This document shows, in pieces, positions 54,733-64,000 of a stretch of DNA of 64,000 nucleotides. The notes below the pieces were generated by a model that made no database searches, was not told the origin of the DNA, and worked only from the letters and a program-made list of their open reading frames with translations. This DNA comes from Octopus vulgaris (taxonomy: Eukaryota). A program made the translations under genes and the position numbers. The stretch is taken from contig OX597824.1 of the NCBI GenBank assembly GCA_951406725.2, forward strand, positions 72,974,001-73,038,000, in the 5' to 3' direction. The stretch's first letter is position 1; every line of letters begins with the position of its first letter.

Positions 54733-55808
54733 AATTTTCGGCGTGTCGGATAAAACGTTTAATTGCATTTCTTCCGGTCCGGTTCATTATATTCTGCGTT
54801 CAAGTTCTGCACCTCTCCCCCGCCCCATCATCTGCTTAATATTGCTGGCCTTGTGTCAGAATCAGAAAGAATTATTACTCGTTAATAAATTACATAGCAC
54901 TCCTTAGTTGAAAAGAGAACAAACGAATAAGAGTACGAAAGAATGAGAGAATGAAAGAATAAAAGAACAAAAGAATAAACTGCTTCCAGTAAGTAGAGTC
55001 CATCTCTCGCATCCACTCCTCTCTTATATATTATTAATACTATTTATGTATTCCATTAAAACTGTTTACATCTCTGTCGTCTTTTCAGTGGTGGAGGTAG
55101 TGCTGGTAGTGAGTGTGGTGGTGGTTCTACTGCTGCTGCTGGTGTTGCTGGTGAGAGCATTAGTTGTGGTCGTCGCCATTGCCTTTGCCCATCACCGTCG
55201 TGGTTGCTGTTGGTATTTTCTAAAACTCCTAAGTCATTCCTGATCGAGCATGCCTATCGTGTAAGACATACCAACTGTGACCATCCCGCTGCTTCGTATG
55301 AGGGATATGTGCATAGTCAAACGTATCCTTCTTTATTTCGAGTCAATAGAAGTGATGTCATTTATAGGAGATTTGGTTGCTATTTCTAGCTAGTGGGGTA
55401 ACTACTAAGAGGTTGGCTTGTCATCGTTTTTGTCGTCAAGCCTCAGTTTACCCTTGATCTAATAGAACCAAACGTGTTTATAGATCCAGAAGGCGTTCCA
55501 TTTATGGCCACCCCATATTCAATTTATTTGTAACTGAGTACCCAGGATGGCACAGTCTAATGTGTCTCTCTTTTTTACTTACCTTTATTCATTTTTTTTT
55601 GGGGGGGGGGGGTTGCTGAAGGTGACGTCGCGTGGTTCGCAGAAAGTTTGACTGCTGCTTCTAGCAAGTAGACCGAGCAATCAAGTTGCGATTCCTTTGT
55701 TGGTTCGTCGCTGTCGCTGTCAGCGATTAAGTCGCCATCGTCAATGCCGTCATTATCAGCATTCGTCATCGCTAAAAGCAGCAGCAGCAGCAACAACAAA
55801 CGCAACGG

Positions 55809-55849
<41 letters not shown>

Positions 55850-55855
55850 CCGTCG

Positions 55856-55904
<49 letters not shown>

Positions 55905-56544
55905 AGTTAGCGGGAGCAGCACCAACACCATCGACACTACCACATTACAATTAACATTAGCATGCCCCATCCCCGCCGCCATGATCATCATCATCATCAT
56001 TATCATCATCATCATAACACTATCATCATCGCAATCGTAATTTCCACCACCACAATCTTTATCAAACATTACCATTTTTGCCACCGTGATCGTCGTCGTG
56101 ACCGCCATCAATTACCACCACCACTACCACCACCACCACCATCGTCATCATTGTCGTCGTCGTCGTCGTCGTCTCAACCTCCGCCAACAACATCAACACC
56201 AACCCTACCCCCTCCTACCAACCACTGTTTCATTTCATTATAATACATTGTTCTTGTTCTTCTTGTATATGAAAAACGAGGATATGTTTTAAATCATAGC
56301 CAAATTTTATTATTAAATTTGCACATTAAAAACAATACAGTTAAAAAACAACCAGAGAACACTCATATATAAATACATTCAAACATACACACACACACAC
56401 ACAACTATATTTGTATATCAAGGGAATAGCTATTCTTTTAGACACATTAAATACACAAATGTGTTTTAGTTTTATCTTTTTATCAAGCTTTTATGATATA
56501 CATTTTCATATGAAGTTTCTTGCAGTTAAATTTCCTAAATCCAG

Positions 56545-56586
56545 CGTCAACGTTTCTAGAGCTTCACAGCCTTATCTTCAGGATGA
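56545..56586 (-). ncRNA. Minimal type I hammerhead ribozyme
   Basis: CAUC-CUGAAGA-UAAGGCU(GUGA)AGCUCUA-GAAAC-GUU-GACG; GNRA-capped stem II and palindromic AACGUU. Confidence 0.65.
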
Positions 56587-56602
56587 AGTGATATTGGCAT
56601 GT

Positions 56603-56817
56603 ACTCTTTTACTCTTTTACTTGTTTCAGTCATTTGACTGCGGCCATGCTGGAGCACCGCCTTTAGTCGAGCAAATCGACCCCAGGACTTATTCTTTGTA
56701 AGCCTAGTACTTATTCTGTCGGTCTCTTTTGCCGAACCGCTAAGTTACGGGAACATAAACACACCAGCACTGGTTGTCAAGCGATGTTGGGGGACAAATA
56801 CAGACACACAAACATGT

Positions 56818-56850
<33 letters not shown>

Positions 56851-57021
56851 CATATAAACGACGGGCTTCTTTCAGTTTCCGCCTACCAAATCTATTCACA
56901 AGGCTTTGGTCGGCACGAGGCTATAGTAGAAGATACTTGCCCAAGGTGCCACTCAGTGGGACTGAACCCGGAACCATGCGGTTCGTAAGCAAGCTACTTA
57001 CCACGCAGCCACTCCTACGCC
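56603..57021 (-). mobile_element. SINE family A
   Basis: Full-length reverse copy. Confidence 0.9.
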
Positions 57022-57044
57022 TATGTGTTGGTGTCTTTTCAGGG

Positions 57045-57303
57045 CAGTGGTTCTCAACCATTTTATGCTTATGGACTCCCTTTGATTCCTATTTTACTCG
57101 GATGGGCCCTTATAGCCATTTGATGCCAAAAAAAATCCTAGTATATATATTTTTAAAAATTAAATATTAAAAAGAAATGTTTAAAAAAATGTTAAGATAT
57201 TTTGTGTATTATAGAAGTATAACAATTTATTGCACATAAACTTTAGCAACCAAATCTTATATGGACCCTTAAGAGTCGTGTAGACCCCTGTCGAGAACCA
57301 CTG
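57045..57303. mobile_element. hAT (Charlie-like) MITE
   Basis: TIRs CAGTGGTTCTCAAC / GTCGAGAACCACTG; imperfect 8-bp flanks ending AGGG. Confidence 0.7.
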
Positions 57304-57385
57304 CGCTAGGGTAAGCAGGACGAATATGATTGGTATAGACGTAAATGACGGAATATTAATTTGGATCATACGTTATCATTTTGGA

Positions 57386-57787
57386 GTGGAGGCGCAATGG
57401 CCCAGTGGCCCAGTGGTTAGGGCAGCGGACTCGCGGTCGGAGGATCGCGGTTTCGATACTCAGACCGGGCATTGTGAGTGTTTATTGAGTGAAAACACCT
57501 AAAGCTCCACGAGGCTCCGGCAGGGGGTGGTGGTGAACCCTGCTGTACTCTTTCACCACAACTTTCTCTCGCTCTTTCTTCCTGTTTCTCTTGTACCTGT
57601 ATTTCAAAGGGCCAGCCTTGTCACATTCTGTGTGTCACGCTGAATCTCCTCGAGAACTACGTTAAGGGTACACGTGTCTGTGGGAGTGCTCAGCCACTTG
57701 CACGTTAATATCACGAGCAAGCTGTTCCGTTGATCGTATCAGCTGGGACCCTCATCGTCGCAACCGACGGAGTGCTCCTACTACTAC
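57386..57787 (+). mobile_element. SINE family C, full length
   Basis: TSD TATCATTTTGGA; (CTA)n tail. Confidence 0.92.
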
Positions 57788-58072
57788 TATCATTTTGGAC
57801 TTTATCTTAGTTTGTGACTTTTTTATGCTGCCTCCTGTTTATTAAACAGTATGCTAAATTATATCTAATCTTGTGGAGGGATTCTGAAGATATGCTTCTA
57901 TATAGTATTATCTGGGTTGCAATGAGCACTGCGTTTGGTCCTTACTGTAAGTGCAGAGTCAGACGGCGAGAGAATATAGATGTATGTAGATGTAGAAGTC
58001 GCAAAAAAAGAAAACAGAAGAACGCTGAATAACACATGTGTAGGAGAAGTTCTTGCTGATGAAGTCTTGGTG

Positions 58073-58701
<629 letters not shown>

Positions 58702-58984
58702 AATGTTTTTGAAACCTGGGACAGTCTTGCATGCCAGTCAAATTTATTATGTAGGGAATTTAATTTACTATTAAGTTGATAGTTGAAAATTCCTCAATAA
58801 ACCATGATAGAAACGTTCTCCCTTTCCTAACTATGATAATATAAGGATGAAAATGTTTAAAACTAAATCTAATAACACTTTCTAACCCCTTAAGGATTTC
58901 TGTCCATGAAGAGCAAGTTAATAGATAACTTAATGCTGTTAATATAGTGCCTCAAGATGAAAGAGGAACGGGAAAATATATACC

Positions 58985-59362
58985 ATTCTTTAATTTGTTT
59001 CAGTTATTTAACTGCGGCTATGCTGAGGCATCGCGTTGAAGAATTTCTAGTCGAATGAATCGGTCCCATAATTTTTTTTAAAGCCTTGTACTTATTTTAT
59101 GCGGCTCGTTTTCCGAACTGCTAAGTTACGGGGACGTAAACACACCAACACCGGCTGTCGAGCGGAAATGGGGGACAAACACACAAACACAAACACATGT
59201 ATTTGGCGGGCTTTTTTCAGTTTCCGTCTACCAAATCCACTCGCAAGTCTTGGTTGGCCCGAGGCTATAGTAGAAGACGCTTGCCCAAGGTGCTATGCAG
59301 TGGAACATGACCCTGAATCATGTGGTTAGAAAGCAAGCTCCTAACTCTACTGCCACGCCTAC
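58985..59362 (-). mobile_element. SINE family A, older degraded copy
   Basis: Diverged but collinear with family A. Confidence 0.75.
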
Positions 59363-59914
59363 GCTATTCACAGCTACATTTTAAGAGAGGGAACGATGGG
59401 GTAGTGCAGTGGCTGGGAGGTCAGCGTGTGCCGTTCCATTCTGATTTATATATTTGCCGTTTCCTACCATCATAGTTGAAGGGTTGAAAGAACGTCTCCA
59501 ACTTTATGAAATGCTTCAAATGAATAACCAAAGGTGTTTCGTGAAGGTTTTGTAGCGGAAAAGATAGAATTAGTATTACGTGACTTGATTTAATCCAGTA
59601 CAACGGATAATCAGCGGATAATCCAGTACAACGGATAATCCAGTACAAACGGATAATGTCTGGAACCACGCTTGTCGAAAAACTGCTGCTGTACCAATAT
59701 GTATGTATGTATCTATGTATGTATGTATACACACACGCCCGCACGCATAAACAGACATACATGCACACGAAGGTGTGTATATCTAGCTAAGGACAGGTGG
59801 TAACATTTTCAGTTGATAACACTTCAAGGCTAGAACTAAAATCTGGAAACAACTTCTGAGAGTTTCTACTTACAGTAGAGTATACTCTGATAGCACTTTC
59901 TCTATTAGTAAATC

Positions 59915-61228
59915 CAAATATTGGTTGACTTTTTGCTAATGCTGTTTGTTTGTTTGTTGAGTGAAGCGGTCTTCGTCCCAGTGAGAGAAGTCCGAAACGT
60001 GGTCCTTTGCTATTCGTAAGACCCGCAGAAGAGAAAGCAGGTCAACTCCCGACACCGAGAGCATCGCCGGATGGATGAATGCGCATCCAGGCTCAGCGGT
60101 TGCGTAGGAAGTCGGGGACAAGAAACAGGATGAAAGAGTGAGAGAAAGTTGGAGCGAAAGAGTACAACAGGGATCGCCACCAACCACTGCCGGAGCCTCG
60201 TGGAGCTTTAGGTGTTTTCGCTCAATAAACACACACAACGCCCGGTCTGGGAATCGAAACCGCGATCCTCCGACCGCGAGTCCGCTGCCCTAACCACTGG
60301 ACCATTGCGCCTCCACTGCTAATGCTGTTTAATCTCTCGGCCTAACAATCATCTTGAGGAAGACTGAGGTCCTGCACCAGCCAGCAACTGACACCCTAAA
60401 CAGGGTTCTGTTCTCATGATAGACCATAGTGCTCGAAATGCTATAGCAAAATTCCGCTATCTGGTAAGTATCCTGTCGAACATTGCCCGACTAGACGACG
60501 AGATCACCCAACAATTGTTTAAGACAAGCTCAGCTTTCAGTAGACTCCAGCTCAGACAGTAGAAAGAAAATGGCGTCTACCTAGCCACAAAAATCAAAGT
60601 GTGCCAAGAAGCAGTGCTTAAGTCTCTCGCATAAGGTTATGAAACTTGAACACTGTAGAGACACTACATTAAATAGCTAGACTCATTCCATTTCTGCTGC
60701 TTTCGTTCAATTTGTAACATCAAGGGACAAGACAAAGTTGTAACATTATTGGCATAGAGAGCCTTCTTGTCAAAGTGCACTTGAGGTAAATAGGCTTTGT
60801 GGTAAACCTGGAAGATACTTGCTCACCTAAAGCCCTCTTCTAAGGTTAGTTTAACTCTGGTGTCAGGGAGCGAGGCTATCCACTGCAGATACTCTGAAGA
60901 CCTGCCTGAATACTTGCAAGATAAACCTGAAGACACGAGAATCGGAAGTACTGAATAGAGCACAATAGATAAGCTCTTGCTACCAAGCTATCTCCGACTT
61001 TGAGGCAGTCAAGTTCAACACCCTAAAGGGAAAAAAGAGTCCGGTATAAAACCAGGCGCAATCTAACCCAAAACGATGGAGACTCCTACTGCAACGTCTG
61101 CAAACGGGTCAGCAAATCACCGATAGACCTGAATACTTACATGAAACAATACGATAAAACAATGTACTAAGACTACTGTACAGCCGTGTATTGCTCATTC
61201 ATCGATGCGACATGAGAATCCAGCACTT
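59915..61228 (+). mobile_element. Decayed RTE (BovB-like) LINE, 3' half
   Basis: GLTIILRKTEVLHQPA; KFRYLVSILSNIARLDDEI..SSAFSRL..TKIKV; terminal CNVCKRVSKSPIDLNTYM finger relic; many stops. Confidence 0.85.
59948..60316 (-). mobile_element. SINE family C head with an alternative tail, inserted in an RTE relic
   Basis: 14-bp TSD TGCTAATGCTGTTT (59934-47 / 60317-30); tail ends GGACGAAGACCGCTTCACTC(AACA)n. Confidence 0.85.
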
Positions 61229-61232
61229 ACTC

Positions 61233-61282
<50 letters not shown>

Positions 61283-61287
61283 ACTCA

Positions 61288-61355
<68 letters not shown>

Positions 61356-62144
61356 AACACACATTCACACATTTATATATATTATATAAAATCTGTTCTG
61401 TCTGTCTGTGTGTGTGTCTTCCAGGATCTCGGGCATCCTCCATCGGATTGCACTCAAATTTGATACGTAGATACCGACGGTATCAGGGCGTGTGTAAGTC
61501 TTGAAAAAATTACAAAAATCGATTCCAGGTGAGAATGCGATCGATAAAGCCGTGGCAATGTGTATTTGTACGCGCAGGTACATCAGTCGAAATCCGTCTT
61601 TTGCTGGTCTCTCAAATTTAGGTTAAATCTGTGTTTCTCAAAGGGAAGGCCTATGGGACAGTCGGACAAGTTGTTTTGAGAAAATTTGGTTTAAATGTTT
61701 GACAACTCAGCACTGTCCATTGGACGGGGGCGTTTTGCTCGTCTATATATATGTATGAATATATATTGTCCTAGGTGTGACATTAAACTGCAACCAGTGG
61801 TGAGGTTCCTGTTCGGGAATTCTGGAATTGTGGGGAGCATGGAGTCACCCCTTAATTACCATTACTCGCTGGTCCGCTCTAATCTTGAACAGTAGTAGCT
61901 GTCAGGGGTTGAGGAGGCTCCTGTAATTTTCTGAGGAAGGCAACTCTTCTGGGAGAAAGATACTTTGATATAAAATTTGCAGTCAAAATAGCGCCAGTCA
62001 TCTTACAGCTTGTCAATGGAACCTACTATGGTAACTGAGAGACTGGCAAAAATCATGTACAAGCTTCTGTCATATAAATTGAGTGATGTGTAGATATATA
62101 AGTTTGAGATGCTTATCATTTGACAAGATAAGGCAATCATTATG

Positions 62145-62905
<761 letters not shown>

Positions 62906-62914
62906 TACACACAC

Positions 62915-63004
<90 letters not shown>

Positions 63005-63832
63005 CCTTAAAGGTTTGGGGAAACTTTTTGATTCAGTCACATTTGAAAAAATATTTTCTTTAATAAAAACTATCAATTATATTTAAAAAAACGTTCTTAG
63101 GAAAAAAACATCTGATTAACACTGACCTTATGCTAAGAGGTTTGCGTGTAAGCGCTTTCACTAAAAACAAACTACTTCTTTATGGGTTACCTTATAACAC
63201 GTGTGTTTGAAGATCTGAAACTAGAGAAAAGCGTTTATTCAAAGTGTCCTTTTTATAAGGTTTGTGATAATTGGCGTTTTTGAAAGTTATTTTATATAAA
63301 TTAATATTTCTCAATATGAGAAAATCTTTATATACATTGAGAGTTCAGGGGTTCAAGTGAATCAGGTACCTAAATTATAATGTACCAAGTTCACATCAAA
63401 GAAATAGCAATCGTTTACAAAACAAAATTAGAGGAAAATATACGTATATACTGAAGTACAGTTGGATTAATTTTCGCACGATAACTCTATTCATAAAAAA
63501 AAAACTAGTTTGAAACAGCTGTAGTAAGTGAACCAATTTCCACCTGTTGTTATATATATATATACGTATATATATATACTTTTTATCTTATATTAAACTT
63601 TTTAATACTTTTTTATAGTTATATATATTTAATAAATAAAAAAATATTAAAAAAATAAATATTAAAAAAAAATTATAAATATAAATTAATAATTTTAATT
63701 TTAAATTTAAATGATTTAAATTTTTAAATTTTATATTTTATATATTTTGTATATTATATTGATTATTTTTAATTTTATGTTTTGGTTTATGTTTTTCACT
63801 GTTTTATTTGCCTAATAGTGGTTTTATCTCTA

Positions 63833-63885
<53 letters not shown>

Positions 63886-64000
63886 TGTATGTATGTTTTT
63901 ATATATGTATACATGCATACATACATACAGAGATTGATGGATGAATAGATATACAGACAGACAGACAGACAAAACTATGTAATTAAGCATGCCGGCATTT

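Noticed and set aside
58050-58080. CTGATGAAGTC..GATT beside (TA)n; also CTGAAGAAG at ~20437, 22821 and 36123
   Set aside because: Only half cores; possibly decayed remnants but not supportable as ribozymes
63590-63845. Extremely AT-rich stretch resembling a mitochondrial control region
   Set aside because: No adjacent mitochondrial genes or tRNAs; treated as low-complexity sequence

Overview
AT-rich, microsatellite-saturated eukaryotic DNA. The tRNA-derived SINE families and repeat landscape look like an octopus (coleoid cephalopod) genome; this is an inference, not verified. Nearly all supplied ORFs are microsatellite or SINE artefacts. The only convincing host-gene signal is a short minus-strand coding exon at 2661-2616 (MKVISLFAFYMLMSQ/G, signal-peptide-like, phase-1 GTGAGT donor), with a candidate promoter near 3.4-3.6 kb. 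The rest is a patchwork of mobile elements: four SINE head families with swapped tails, non-autonomous Helitrons, RLE (R4/Dong-like), RTE and CR1/L2 LINE relics, Tc1/mariner and hAT relics and MITEs, a solo LTR, a 76-bp satellite and an ~806-bp tandem duplication. The most striking unannotated signal is a set of about ten type I hammerhead-ribozyme motifs, several with intact cores. They lie in short remnants usually next to (TA)n and often within or beside fold-back inverted repeats. Two long palindromes (16834-17177 and 40171-40461) each carry a pair of outward-facing hammerheads, probably Penelope-like or retrozyme-like relics. All folds were read by eye and coordinates of degraded repeats are approximate.
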